Position numbers and translations under genes: made by a program. A stretch of DNA of 46,178 nt from Chiloscyllium plagiosum (Eukaryota): assembly GCF_004010195.1 (NCBI RefSeq), contig NC_057719.1, forward strand, positions 19,874,623-19,920,800. Direction: 5' to 3'. This document shows positions 1 to 12,731 of the stretch, piece by piece. The notes under the pieces were generated by a model. That model was not told the DNA's origin. It ran no database searches and was given only the letters and a program-made list of their open reading frames with translations. Position 1 is the first letter of the stretch, and the number at the start of each line of letters is the position of its first letter.

Positions 1-360
1 CCCTGCTGCTCCCGCTCTTTCTGTGAAGAGGAAAAAAAAACACCGCTGCCCGCTACCGGTAAGTAATTTTAAAACAAACTGTCTCACCTTAGCTGTAGCC
101 TTCCGGGTTCTTTTAAACTCTGCTGCTGCTCGCACTCAAAATGACCGTTGGCGTCGAAGGGTGAGTACTTATACTCACTGTTTTCCTTCCCTGCTGCCCC
201 TCTGGTCTTTGTCACTTCCCCCTGTTGCTCCCGCTCTTTCTGTGAAGAGAAAAAAAAACCCACCACTGCCCGCTACCGGTAAGTAATCTTAAAACAAACT
301 GTCTCACCTTAGCTGTAGCCTTCCGGGTTCCTTGAAACTCTGCTGCTGCTCGCACTCAAA
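1..360. repeat. ~220-bp tandem repeat (about 1.6 units visible), possibly the 5' UTR repeat of a minus-strand CR1 running off the window
   Basis: 1-140 is repeated almost exactly at 220-360 (ccctgYtgctcccgctctttctgtgaagag...gctcgcactcaaa). The LINE 5' UTR assignment is inference. Confidence 0.7.
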
Positions 361-362
361 AA

Positions 363-456
363 AGTCGAGAGTGTGGTGCTGGAAAAGCACAGCAGGCCAG
401 GCTGCATCCGAGGAGCAGGAGAATCGATGTTTCAGGCAAAAGCCTTAATCAGGAAT
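363..456 (-). mobile_element. PLE family A (Neptune-like) pseudo-LTR fragment with degenerate hammerhead (423-455)
   Basis: Reverse complement matches the 3' end at 13607-13690; core mutated to CUGAUUA. Confidence 0.85.
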
Positions 457-869
457 CAATGACCATTCTTCAGGGAAGAACGTTGACTCGACAGTTTTCG
501 GTCCAGATTTGCTGCCATACCTGTAGAGTTTCTCCAACAATTTCTGCTTTTATTACTCACCTGCTCTTACATTGAGCTTTTCCTGTTATCTCTAATATCA
601 AATTGCTGTGATTTGCCAGATGAAATAGCTATCCAAATTAGTTGGGATTGTCTCAGAATTATGAAGATCATTGTCATGTTACACCAATAGAATTCTGATT
701 GCAATTTAACTGCCTTCTGAATGAGGAGAGCCCCCAAGGTTTCCTCCTCAGGTCAGCAGCAAAGTACTGAGGGAGTCAGAAATCAAGATGTTTTCTATTG
801 TTACAAGGTGGGACACAGTTCTTCAGCTCTCTAGTTGGGTTGAAACAAGTTGGTAGCTAATAGGAAAAT

Positions 870-1112
870 TAGAATCCCTCCAGTGTGGAAACAGGCCCTT
901 CAGCCCAACAAGTCCACACTGACCATCAAAGAGTAACCCACCCAGACCCATTTCGCTCTGACTAATGCACCTAACACTGTGGGCAATTTAGTATGGCCAA
1001 TTGACCTGGCCTGCACATCTTTGGACTGTGAAAGTACCTGAAGGAAACCCACGTGGACACAGGGAGAATGTGCAAACTTCAAACAGACAGTCACCTGAGG
1101 CTGGAATTGGAT
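870..1112 (-). mobile_element. HE1-type SINE, 5'-truncated
   Basis: Colinear with the fuller copies at 17199-17508 and 37800-38136. Confidence 0.85.
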
Positions 1113-1881
1113 AACCACTCAGCGACCGTACCAAAAACAAAAGAGAATCTTCATCCCATCTCCCCATTAACCAATAAAAGTGACACTAGAGGTCCTCAAG
1201 ACACTCTTCAATTGCGTTCCTTGTATGAATAACACTTTAACAAGGCTTGTTGTACCTCTGAATAAGAAATTAACTTGTTGGTCAAGTCTCCTGCCAGAAA
1301 TCCACATCAAGTTGAAATCACGGATGCATACAACCATATGGAGTTATGAACATAAGAACATAAAATCTAGGAGCAGGAGTAGGCCGTACAGCCCTTCGAG
1401 CCTGCTTCACTGTTCATGGCTGATCTTTTCATGGACTCAGATCCACTAACCCTCCTTGCTCCATAATCCTTAATTCCTTTATTGTTCAAAAGAAATCTAC
1501 CTTAGCTTTGAAAACATTTATTGAAGTAGCGTCAACTACTTCACTGAGCAAGGAATTCCATAGATATACAACCCTCTGAGTGAAGAAGTTCCTTCTCAAT
1601 TCAGTCCTAAATCTGCTCCCTCTAATTTTGAGGCTATGCCCTCTTTTCTGAGTTTCACCTGCCAGTGGAAACATCCTCTCTAATTCTGTCTCATCTATTC
1701 CCTTCATAATTTTGTATGTTTCCATAAGATCCCCCCTCAATCTTCTGAATTTCAATGGATATAGTCCCAATCTATGCAGTCTGTCCTAATAGGAGAAAGT
1801 GAGAACTGCAGATGCTGGAGAAGAGTTGAAAAATGTGGTGCTGGAAAAACACAGCAGGCCAGGCAGCATCCGAGGAAGAGA

Positions 1882-1915
1882 ATCGACGTTTCGGGCGTAA
1901 GCCCTTCTTCAGGAA
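1882..1915 (-). ncRNA. Minimal type-I hammerhead ribozyme motif (family A, intact core)
   Basis: RC reads UUC-CUGAAGA-A-GGGC-UUAC-GCCC-GAAA-CG-UC^GAU. Confidence 0.85.
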
Positions 1916-2029
1916 TGAGGCTGGTGTGCCAAGCAGGCTGAGATAAAAGGCAGGGGTGAGGGAATTTGGGGGAGGGGCACTGGGAATACGATAGGTGGAA
2001 GGAGGTGAGGGTGAGGGTGATAGGCCGGA

Positions 2030-2097
2030 NNNNNNNNNNNNNNNNNNNNNNNNNNNNNNNNNNNNNNNNNNNNNNNNNNNNNNNNNNNNNNNNNNNN
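2030..2097. other. Assembly gap
   Basis: Run of N. Confidence 1.
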
Positions 2098-2284
2098 TCT
2101 CAACCCCCAGATTCAGCACCGCCCTCTTGACCTGCAATCTTCTTCCCGACCTCTCCGCCCCCACCCCCTCTCCCGCCTATCACTCTCACCGTCACCTCCT
2201 TCCACCTATCGTATTCCCAGTGCCCGTCCCCCAAATTCCCTGAACCCTACCTTTAATCTCAGCCCGCTTGGCACACCAGCCTCA

Positions 2285-2318
2285 TTCCTGAAGAAGGGTT
2301 TATGCCCGAAACGTCGAT
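2285..2318 (+). ncRNA. Minimal hammerhead ribozyme motif (family A)
   Basis: UUC-CUGAAGA-A-GGGU-UUAU-GCCC-GAAA-CG-UC^GAU. Confidence 0.85.
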
Positions 2319-3031
2319 TCTCCTGCACCTCGGATGCTGCCTGGCCTGCTGTGTTTTTCCAGCACCACATTTTTCAAGTTTGTCCTAATAAGCTAACCCC
2401 CTCAACTCTGGAATCAACCAACTCCTCTGCACCCCCTCCAATGCCAGTACGTTCTTTCTCAAGTAAGGAGACCACAACTGCACACAGTACTCCAGGTATG
2501 GCCTTAACAGCACCTTGTACAGCTGCAACATTACCTCTCTGCTTTTAAACTCAACTGCTTTAGCAATGAGGACAAAATTCCATTTGCTTTCCAAATTACT
2601 TGTTGTACCTGCAGACCAACCATCTGTGATTCATGCACGAGGACACCAGGTCCCTCTGCAGAGCAGCATGCTGCAACTTTTTACAATACAAGTAATAATC
2701 CTTTTTAGTATTACTCCTATTAAAATAGATAATTTCATATTTATTTACATTGTATTCCATCTGCCAGACCTTTGCCCACACAGTCAATGTATCTATGTTC
2801 CTTTGCAAAGCTTCACAGTCCTCTGCACACTTTGCTCTGCCACCCACCTTAGTGTCATTGGCAAACTTTGACACCTTACACATGGTCCCCAACTAAAAAT
2901 CATATATAAGTTGTAAAGAATTGCTGTCCCAACACTGATTCCTGAGGCATACCACTAGTCACTGATTGCCAGCCGGAATAGCACTCAATTATGCCCATTC
3001 TTTGCTTCCTGTTAGTCAACCAATCTTCTAT

Positions 3032-3100
3032 GAAGCTGTGCTTTTCTAGCAACACACTCTCAACTCTGATCTTCAGCATCTGCAGGCCTCACTGTTTCCT
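3032..3100 (+). mobile_element. 69-bp PLE family A 3'-terminal stub with 14-bp TSD
   Basis: gctgtgcttttctagc...cagcatctgcaggcctcactgtttcct matches the pLTR end plus tail; TSD aaccaatcttctat (3018-3031) / aaccaattatctat (3101-3114). Confidence 0.8.
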
Positions 3101-4712
3101 AACCAATTATCTATCCATGCTAATACTTTACTCGTAATGTCATGCATCCTTATTTTTTGCAGCAGCTTCTTTTGCAGCACCTTGTCGAAGGACTTTTGGA
3201 AATCTAGGTACACCACATCCACTGGGCCCCCATTGTCTATCTTGCTCGTAATGTCTTCATAGAATACCAAAAGATTTGTCAAGCATAACAGGCCTTTCAT
3301 GAACCCATGCTGTGTCTGCCCAATGGGACAATTTCTATCAAGATGCCTTGCTATTTCTTCCTTGATAATAGACTCAAGCATCTTCCCTGCCACAGGGGTT
3401 AAGCTAACCGGTCTGTAATTCCCCATCATTTGCCTACCATAATTTTTAAACAGTGGCATCACAATTAGTGTTTTCCAGTCTCCTGCGACTGCCCCAGAGT
3501 CCAGCAAATTTTGGAAAATTACTGCCAGCGCACGTGCTATTTCTTCCGCCATCTCTTAGAGTACCATGGTGCATTCCATTAGGGCCAGGAGACTTATCAA
3601 TCCGTAGCTCCATTAGCTTGCCCAACACTACCTCTTCCGTAATAATGATTGTTTCCAGGTCCTCACCTGCCTTTGTCTCTTTGTCAATTACTGGCATGTT
3701 ATGAGTGTGAAGACCGATACAAAATACCTGTTCAATGTCTCGGCCATTTCATCATATCCCATATCTAAATTCCTCTTCTCATCATGTAAAGGGCCAATGT
3801 TTACTTTAGCCACTCTTTTTCATTTTATATATTTATAGAAACCTTTGCTATCTGTCTTTATATTCTATACTAGGTTTTTCTCATGTTCTATCTTACTTTT
3901 CTTTATAGCTCTTTTTGAGGCTTTCTGTTGAATTTTAAGGTTTTCCTAATCTTCTAGCTTCATGCTGCTTTTGGCCATTTTGTATGCCTTCTCTTTCAAT
4001 TTGATAGCTTCCCTTATTTCCTTAAACATCCATGGTAGATTACTCCTTTTCTTACAGTCCTTCCTTTTCACTGGAATATACTTTTGCTGAGAGATTTGAA
4101 AAATTACTTTGAAAGTCCTCCACTGCTCGTCAATTGTCCCACCATAAAATCTTTGTTTCCAGTATACTTTAGCCAAGTCCTCCTTCATTCTATTGTAGTC
4201 CCCCTTATTCAAGCATAGGATCCTGGTATTGGATTTTATCTTCACATTCTGTATTCTAAATTCACCCATACTGTGATCATTCCTTACAAGAGGGTCCCCA
4301 ACTATGAGGTCATTAATTATTCCTGTCTCATTACACAGGTCCAGATCTAGGGTACCTTGCTCCATCATCATTTCCATTACATTATGCTAAAACTAAATTA
4401 CCACAGATACACTCAACAAACTCCTCCTTAAAGCTACCCTGACTGAGGTGGTTCAACCAACTTGCATGTAGATTAAAATCCCCCATGATAATTGCCGTAC
4501 TATTTTTACAGGCATTAGTTATTTATTTGTTTATTGCCTGGTACAATGTGATGGCCTATAGACTACACCTATTAGTAACTTGTTCCTCTTAGAATTTCTA
4601 ATTTCCACCCAAATGGATTCAACCTTATTCTACACAGAACCTACATCATCTGTTAGCACTGCCCTGATGTCGTTTTTGAATATCAGAGCTGCACCACCTC
4701 CCTTACTTTCCT

Positions 4713-5734
4713 ATGCCCTCCAACGCATCTCATCTACATCCCGCACCTCCGCCCTCAAACCCCACCCCTCCAAACGTAACAAGGACAGAACCCCCCCCTG
4801 GTCCTCACCTTCCACCCTACCAACCTTCGCATAAACTGTATCATCTGCCGACATTTTCGCCAGCTCCAAATGTACCCCACCATCAGGGATATTTTTCCCT
4901 CCCCACCTCTTTCTGCTTTCCGCAATGACCGTTCCCTCCGTGACTACCAGGACAGGTTCACGCCACCCAACAACCCATCCTCCCATCCTGGCACCTTCCC
5001 CTGCCACCACAGGAATTTTAAAACCTGCGCCCATACCTCCTCCCTCACCTCCATCTAAGATCCTAAAGGAGCCTTCCACATCCATCAAAGTTTCACCTGC
5101 ACATCCAGCAATATCATTTATTGTATTCGTTGCTCCCGATGCGGTCTCCTCTACATTGGGGAGACTGGATACCTTCTTGCAGAGCACTTTAGGGAACATC
5201 TCCGGGACACTCGCACCAATCAACCCCACTGCCCCATGGCCCAACATTTCAAACCCCCCTCCCACTCAGTCGAGGACATGCAGGTCCTGGGCCTCATCCA
5301 CTGCCACTCCCTCGCCACCTGACGCCTGGACGAAGAATGCCTCATCTTCTGCCTTGGAACACTTCAACCCCAGGGCATCAATGTGGGCTTCACCAGTTTC
5401 CTCATTTCCCCTACCCCCACCTTACCCCAGTTCCAAACTTGCAGCTCAGCACCATCCTAATGACCTGTCCTACCTGCCAATCTCCCTTCCCACCTATCCA
5501 CTCCACCCTCCTCTCTGACCTGTCACCTTCATCCCCATCTCAACCACCTATTGTACTCTTTGCTACCTCCTCCCCAGCCCCACACCCCCCCTTCACCCCC
5601 ACCATTTATCTCTCCACCGTGGAGGCACCCTGCCTCCATTCCTGACAAAGGACGTTTGCCCGAAACATCGATTTTCCTGCTCCTCGGATGCTGCCTGACC
5701 TGCTGTGCTTTTCCAGCACCATTCTAATCTAGAC
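4713..5734 (+). mobile_element. 5'-truncated Neptune-like PLE (Cys-rich linker, GIY-YIG endonuclease, C-rich 3' UTR, degenerate hammerhead 5639-5672)
   Basis: Translation gives GTFPCHHRNFKTC, then NIIYCIRCSRCGLLYIGETG...FREH and EECLIFCLGTLQPQGINV; colinear with 12660-13547 RC. Confidence 0.92.
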
Positions 5735-6122
5735 TCCTGTCCTTTCAAATAGTCTGGCATTGAGTTGGAGGAAGCCATTCAGTCTATCATGTCTGTGTCT
5801 GTACTTTGAAAGAACTTGCCAGTCGATTGAATTATTAAAAAGAAGAGAATGGCACTGTAAAATGTTCCAGCTCTGGTTCTTTGCATGCTGTAGTATGATT
5901 TCAGCATTGTTTATTATGCATGATAATTGAATAATGCAGTTCCTTATTCTGGGAGCTAAATAGCACAGTTGTATTTAAGAGCAACTCAGAGTATTTTTGT
6001 AAGTCACTTTAGCTGCATTATTGAAGAGATTTGTTTTAACCTGAGAAATTTTGCTGACTGGGTGGAGTTTTAAAGAACTGTTTTCAGTATATTGATGAAT
6101 CTGAAGTCTAGAAATATAAATT

Positions 6123-6300
6123 AAACATAGATCACAGAACAGTACAGGACAGGGTCAAGCTCTTCGGTCCATCATATCTGTGCTGACCATGATGCCGTTC
6201 TGAACTCATCCTACTTGCATGTGGTGCGTATCTCTCTATTCTCTGTCTATCTGAATGTTTCTTATTGTATCTGTTTCTACCAACTCCCTTTTAAACTGCA
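6123..6300 (-). mobile_element. Degenerate CR1 3'-end fragment
   Basis: acatagatcacagaacagtacag...cttcggtcc resembles the CR1 tails at 40330, 44248 and 45541. Confidence 0.5.
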
Positions 6301-6489
6301 AGGTATGTCTATCTATGTAATTCCTGATATAACACCAAATTTATCTCAGCACTTCTTTGCAGGTGAGGATTTTAAGAAGATGTACTCATTCGTGACGGTC
6401 CCATTGTTGAATAGGCAGGCATATATGTGACCAGCAGATTCTCCCACACAAATGAAGGCATCGTCACTTCTGGGGACAAGTGAACCTAT

Positions 6490-6960
6490 CCTTCTTCTTC
6501 CTTCTTCTTTCTCTATCTTGCTGCCCCTACATTGAGACTCAAAGTTGCCTATCGTACTCCTGAATTAGAATCTCCAGGCCCTGAAAATCAATGGCCTGTG
6601 CCTCCCAATCATGATGGTTGTTGTGCACACACAGAGGGAGATTATTGTCAGGGAATCCTTGAAATATTTGTCTGGTGCTCTTCGGTTCTGTTTATCAGTG
6701 GACAGCTCTCTGTACAGTACAATCTTGAGCAAACAGCTGTCATCCATCTGGGCAATGTAGCCTACTGAATGTAGTTGGTTTTGCAGGAGGATGATGTTGG
6801 CTGCTTTTTAGACCTTGTCTTGCTGGCAGATCCTGAGGTTGCCATGAAGGGAGTGTTGGTGAAAGTTCAATAGAAGTTGTAAATGTCAGTGATACAAGAC
6901 CCATGACTTTGTGCCATACAGGAAGATAGTGAGAACTACAGCTTTATACACTGAGTTGAG
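6490..6960 (-). mobile_element. Decayed RTE-clade LINE 3' end
   Basis: Minus-strand QLHSVGYIAQMDDSCLLKIVLYRELSTDKQNRRAPDKYFKDSL resembles the RTE C-terminal motif QLRWxGHxxRMxDxRLPKxxLYGEL; (GAA)n-like tail at 6490-6510. Confidence 0.7.
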
Positions 6961-7384
6961 TCAGTGCATTAAGGCTGTGGTTGCTCCACACTCATTTGTA
7001 AAGTTAGGCAAACAGGCTGTTTGCTTTGAAAAGCCTATTGTCCTGTTCTATGGTAACATCAAAGAGGATGAAGCTTCCCTAGACAGCATTCAGCTTGGTT
7101 CCTTCAATAGCAATACTTGTTGGTTTATATTCTTTTAGGGTGCATTCAGACTTCAATTTTCTGATTTTGAGTCTGAAAGCTAAGTATTCAACATGATTAT
7201 CTGTAATAGTTTGCGAGAATGTAAACATACACTGACAGCAAGACTTCTTGCACTGTTATTAGGCTGATATTAAAGTCAAAATCATGTGCCCTAGGCAATG
7301 CCAATGTCATGTCAAAACAAAATTGTAGATAATTATTTTGGTAAATATTTCAAAGGGCATGGTGAAGAAAAATAAGGAGGCTTA

Positions 7385-7910
7385 GCTAAAGCTATACAAG
7401 GTACTAGTCAGACCACAATTAGAGTATAGTGAACAATTTTGGTCCCATTATCAAGGGAAAAAAATACTGGCACCAGAGATAGTCCAGAGAAGGTTCAATA
7501 GGCTGGTATCCAATATGGAGGATCTGTCTTATGAGAAGAGGTTGAGTACATTGGTCATTGCTCATTGGAATTTAGAAGAATGAGAGATGACTTTATTGAA
7601 ACATACAAGATTCTTAGGCGATTTGACATAATTGCTGCAGAGGTGTTGTTTCAAGGTTGTGGGAGAATCTAGAGATGAATAATTTCTTCTCTTACAGATT
7701 AGTAAATCTATGGGATTCTTACCGCCAGAGGCTGTCAAGGCTGGGCCATTACATACATCCAGTGCTGACATAATGAGGTAATCAAGGGTTATAGGGAAAA
7801 GGCAGGAACGTGAAATTGAGGATTTTCAGATCATCCATGATCTCATTGATGGCAGAGCAGACTTGATAGGCAGAATGGCCGAGTTCTGCTATTATATCTT
7901 CTGGTCTTAT
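7385..7910 (+). mobile_element. Decayed CR1 3' portion
   Basis: LYKVLVRPQLEY..QFW, RRMRDDFIETYKIL; ends in a tcttatg tail. Confidence 0.85.
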
Positions 7911-9184
7911 GCTGACCCTTCAGAATCGTTTGGTTAACTTTTATGTTTTTTTTGGTGAAGTGTCAGTTTCATGTTTCATGGAGGGTTTTTCTCCACGAGA
8001 CCTAGTATGGTTTCTTGCGGTGTCGCAACAAAGTAGCCTCATGATCTACCTACTTTCCCATGACACTCCTCTTGAATGATTCCAGTCATCTTCCACGAGT
8101 TGCCAGGTCCATAATAACTCACCCATCCCAGGATATTCTGGAATTGACTGACATCCCTAGCACCAGTGCCATGTTTGAAATGCCATTGTGACCTGGCACT
8201 GTTCCTAATATATGGACCGGACATGGTAGAGAATGGAAAATTAGCCTCCTGCTTTAAGGGCAGGGATGGAAGGTTGCAGAGGCAGGATGCTCTCTTCCTC
8301 CAGTACTGGCACTGATGCCTTCAGTACCAGAAAATGCCAATCTGGCCACAGGGTGACACCTGGGTCAGTACAGTCTTGGCCTTCTCGAGATATTTGCTGC
8401 AATGACCTCCAAGAAGATCAATGCTGAGAGAGTAAGCGAAGAACATGGAGATGGAACCTCATCCATTCCATGAGTTGAGTAGATATCCCTGAGTACAAAG
8501 TTTCCTTGCTTCAACATTATAATAACAGTTGTCAGTACAGTCTGAAGTATAGCATTGAGGATCAGAAGCTACTCCAAGTTGGAGGGTTGCAATAAGGGTT
8601 CCTGGAGGTTAGCACACGTTGGATGCCAATGGTTTTAGCTGCTTTGGTTTGAAACATTTATTTCAGCCCTGTTATAGTTTACAGTTCTGTGCTCACTCTG
8701 TACTCAAAAGATTTTCCTCAGAGAATGAATGAAAAGATTATTTGAGGATGTCCTATTTGCAGAATTTCACAGTATGCAATCTGCACATCAAGAATACTTG
8801 AAGGGCGCAAAGCTGTCTCCCTTGTCCTGTGAGGATGTGAGAATGCCTTTGCTTTTAGCAAAATACTTTGAAAGGATCCTGCGATTGAACCCTCTCTTTT
8901 TCTTTTTGGTTTTATTCAAGTGTTGACATTTAAATAAATCTATTTTAAAAATTGTTTTTCTGCTTTGTACTCCCCACAGAGAATCAGTTTCAGTAGCAAA
9001 AAAAAAAGCAGCTCAGCCTATGTTCTTTTCTCATTCATGATTAGCCAATTGAAAATGCTCAAAATTGCTTCACGTGTGTCCATAATGAAAGAAAAAGTAG
9101 AAACATTTAAGCATGTATGTTTTTCTGCAGGTGCTGGTGATGTTCAGGATGCTGGGCTGGTTTGAGCAGTCACTATTTGTTCTT

Positions 9185-9616
9185 TTTTAAATTCATTTGT
9201 AGGATTCGGGTGTCTCTGACTGGCCAGCATTGATAGCCTACCCTTATTTGCCCCTGAGGAGGTAGTGATGAGCTGCCTTCTTGAATCGCAGCAGTCCACC
9301 TGCTGTGGGTTGACTCCCAATGCCAGTAGGGAGGGAATTCCGGAATACTGACCCAACGACTGTGAAGGAACAGCAGTATATTCTCAAGTCAGAGTGCTTG
9401 GAGGGGAACTTGCAAGTGGTTATGTTCCCAGGTACCTAGCTGCCCTTGTCATTCTAGATGGAAGTGGCCATGGGTTTGGAAGGTGCAAAGGATCTTTGGT
9501 GAATTTCTGCAGTGCATCTTGTAAATAGTAATCACTGCTGCTACTGAGGGCTGACAGTAGAGGGATTGAATGTTTGTAGATGTGGTACCAATCAAGTAGG
9601 TTGCTTGAGCTGGATG
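9185..9616 (-). mobile_element. CR1/L2-group LINE 3' portion; host of the PLE at 9617-13704, continues at 13705-13791
   Basis: RC encodes NSLPTGIGSQPTAGGLLRFKKAAHHYLLRG, a CR1/L2-type C-terminus; sequence resumes after the TSD. Confidence 0.7.
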
Positions 9617-9716
9617 ATAGGCAAAAGTGAGGACTGCAGATGCTGGAAACCAGAGTTTAGATTAGTGTGGTGCTGGAGAAGCACAGCAGGTCAGGCAGTA
9701 TTCTAGGTGCAGGAAA

Positions 9717-9750
9717 ATCAACATTTCAGGCAAAAGCCCTTCATCAGGAA
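9717..9750 (-). ncRNA. Minimal hammerhead motif (family A)
   Basis: RC UUC-CUGAUGA-A-GGGC-UUUU-GCCU-GAAA-UG-UU^GAU. Confidence 0.75.
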
Positions 9751-9789
9751 GAGAGGCAGAAAGCCTCCAGGGTGGAGAGGGGAGGGGAA

Positions 9790-12562
9790 ATGAGGAAACT
9801 GGTGAAGTCCACATTGATGCCCTGGGGTTGTAGGGTTCTGAGGCAGAAGATGAGAATTTCTTCCTCCAGGCGTCAGGTGGTGAGGGAGCAGTGGTGGAGG
9901 AGGCCCAGGACCTGCATGTCCTCGGCAGAGTGGGAGGGGGAGTTGAAATGTTGGGCCACAGGGCGGTGGGGTTGATTGGTGCAAGTGTACCGGAGATGTT
10001 CCCGAAAGTGCTCAGGACCTGCATGTCCTCAGCAGAGTGTCCTCAGCAATGTAGAGGAGACCGCATCGGAATCAACGGATACAATAAATGACATTGGTGG
10101 ATGTGCAGGTGAAACTTTGATGGATGTGGAAGGCTCCTTTAGGGCCTTGGATGATGGTGAGGGAGGAGGTGTGGGCGCAGGTTTTGCAATTCCTGTGGTG
10201 GTAGGGGAAGGTGCAGGATGGGGGGATGGTTTGTTGGGGGTGTGTGGATCTGGCCAGGTAGTCACGGAGGGAACGGTCTTTGCAGAAAGTGGAAAGGGGT
10301 GGGGAGGGAAATATATTCCTGGTGGTAGGGTCTGTTTGGAGGTGGCGGAAATGTTGGAGGATGATGCGGTTAATGCAAAAGTTGGTAGGGTGGAAAGTGA
10401 GGACTGGAGGGTTCTGTCCTTGTTACGGTTGGAGGGGTGGGGTTCAAGGGCGGAGGTGCGGGATGTGGATGAGATGCATTGGAGGGCATCTTCAACCACG
10501 TGGCAAGGGAAATTGCAGTCTCTAGAGAAGGAGACCATTTGGTGTGTTCTGTGGTGGAACTGGTCCTCCTGGGATCAGATACGGCAGAGGCAGAGGAATT
10601 GGGAATATGGGATGACATTTTTGCAGGAGTTAGGGTGGGAAGAGGTGTAATCCAGGTAGCTGTGGGAATCGGTGGGTTTGTAAAAAATGAATGAGAGTGT
10701 CGGTGGAAGGGTACTGTTGGGGACATCGGGAGAGGAAGAAACTGATGGCTTGAGGCCCTGGTCTTGGCAGATGGAGATGTAGAGAGATGGGATATCCATG
10801 GTGAAGATCAGGCGTTGGGAGCCGGGGAAACGGAAGTCTTGGAGGAGGTGGAGGGCATGGGCAGTGTCTCGAACATATGTGGGGAGTTCCTGGACTAGGG
10901 GGGAATAGGACAGTATCGAGGTAGGTGGAAATGAGTTCAGTGGGGCAGGAACATGCTGAGACAATGGGTCGGCCGGAGTGATCAGGCTTGTGGATCTTGG
11001 GAAGGAGGGAGAACCAGGCAGTGCGGGGTTCCCGGACTATGAGGTTGGAAGCTGTGGGTAGGAGATCTCCTGAAGTGATGAGGTTCTGTATGGTCTGGGA
11101 GATGATGGTTTGGTGATAGGGGTTGGGGTCATGGTGGAGGGGGCAGTAGGAGGAGGTGTCTTCGAGTTGGCGTCTGGCTTCAGTGGTGTAGAGATCAGTG
11201 CGCCAGACTACCACTGCGACCCCTTTATCCGCTGGCTTGATGGTGAGATTGGGATTGGAGCAGAGGGAGTGGAGGGCTGCGCGTTGTGAGGGTCAGAGGT
11301 TGGGGTGGAGGAGGAGGGTAGACAGTTTGAAGCAGTTAATGTCTCGGAAATGAAGAGGTCGAGGGCAGGTAATAGGCCACCGTGGGCTGTCTAGGTGGAT
11401 GGAGTGTGTTGGAGGCGAGTAAAGGGGTCCTCGGAAGATGGGCGGGAGTCCTGATTGTAAAAGTAAGCTTGGTGGCGGAGGAGGCGGAAGAAGTGTTCGC
11501 CGTCACAGCGTGTATTAAATTTATTGATGAGTGGATGGAGGGGGATGAAGGTAAGGCCTTTGCTAAGGACTGTTCATTCGTCCTCAGTGAGGTGAACGTC
11601 TGGGGGGATGGTGAAAACTCGGCAGGGCTGGGAGCTAGTACCTGGTGTAGGTATGGAGCTGGGAGTGGGGACAGGGCCTGTAACTGGAGTGGGTGTGGTG
11701 GTGGGGGAAATGGGGGTGGAGTTATGAGCAGGGGTGGTGTTCCCCTCAGGGTTCTGGAGCGGCAGGGATGGTGACAGTGGGATCTGTGGGGGGCATGTCA
11801 GCAGAATGCAGGTGAATGGCATTGGTGGGGGTGGAAGATGTGGCAAAAGTCGCTGAACGTGTGACATCAGCGATGACGTTGGGGGCGGAAATTATGTCAC
11901 GTGTGGTGCATGAAGAATCATGAGGGGTGGAAGTGGTCATGATAGGGGCAGAAGTGATGTCATCAATCACCATGGGGATGGTAGCTGTACCAGCCACATG
12001 GCTAATGGGCGTCCAAGCAGTTCCAGAGGCCGGGGGAATCTTCTGGAATGTTTGAGGAGCGCTGGTTATGGAGGTGGGTGTATAAATGTTTATTGTAATT
12101 ACAGTTTTTGATATTTGAGATGGTGTTGAAATACTGTTTGTTGAGAGTATGAATTCTTCTTAAAATATAGTACAGATTGGGTTCTTTGCAGTTCTGAGAG
12201 AGTGTGGCCCTCAGCTGACGCAGGGCTGACTGTAGAGAGGTTAGGTGCTGGCGCATTGCTGCGAGTGTGAAGGGGAGGATCCGGAAGGAGAAGTGTTTCT
12301 GGTGGTTTTTGAATCTGTAGTCTGTACTGTTTGTCCTGTTCGGATCCGAACTATGCTGGGTTGAATGTAGTCCGGAGTCCATGCGGGATCAGTTGGTTAT
12401 GGAGCAGGCACTGAGGAAGCAAATGTCGCTGTGGTAACGATTCTGTTTCAGTACATGGTTGAAGAGCTTCAGGGCAGAGGAGATGACCTGGGGGTTTCAG
12501 TGAGAGAGACACTCACTGAGATTCTTGTGGAGAGAGGAGGAGAGCTTCTTCAAGGTAGGCAT
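9790..12562 (-). pseudogene. Disrupted PLE polyprotein ORF (N-terminal domain, T/P/S-rich linker, RT with internal deletion near 10690, GIY-YIG)
   Basis: ATG at 12562 (MPTLKKLSS..., homologous to 20324); frameshifts and stops; RT motifs B-C are missing. Confidence 0.85.
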
Positions 12563-12697
12563 CCTTGCTAGAGGGTTCACAGTAAGGTTAAAATCAACTA
12601 GGCAAAAGTGAGGACTGCAGATGCTGGAAACCAGAGTTTAGATTAGTGTGGTGCTGGAAAAACACAGCAGTTCAGGCAGCATCCGAGGAGCTGAAAA

Positions 12698-12731
12698 ATC
12701 GATGTTTCGGGCAAAAGCCCTTCATCAGGAA
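12698..12731 (-). ncRNA. Minimal hammerhead motif (family A)
   Basis: RC UUC-CUGAUGA-A-GGGC-UUUU-GCCC-GAAA-CA-UC^GAU. Confidence 0.8.

Larger units (their letters stand above)
1792..2376. mobile_element. PLE family A inverted pseudo-LTR pair (gap in the centre) with 14-bp TSD
   Basis: Minus arm 1792-2029 with tail, plus arm 2098-2376 without tail; TSD agtctgtcctaata (1778-1791) / agtttgtcctaata (2377-2390). Confidence 0.9.
1347..4712 (-). mobile_element. Decayed CR1 (HER1-like) LINE ORF2: APE C-terminus, RT and 3' tail; carries PLE insertions at 1792-2376 and 3032-3100 and is interrupted by a third at 4713-5734
   Basis: ORF fragments GNYRPVSLT, QHGFMKG, VDVVYLDFQKSFDKV, SKFANDTK, LYKVLLRPYLEYCVQLWSP, RRNFFTQRVV..WNSL; GDFN near 4475; short tandem 3' tail at 1347-1362; a few CR1 bases appear to resume at ~5735. 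Confidence 0.93.
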
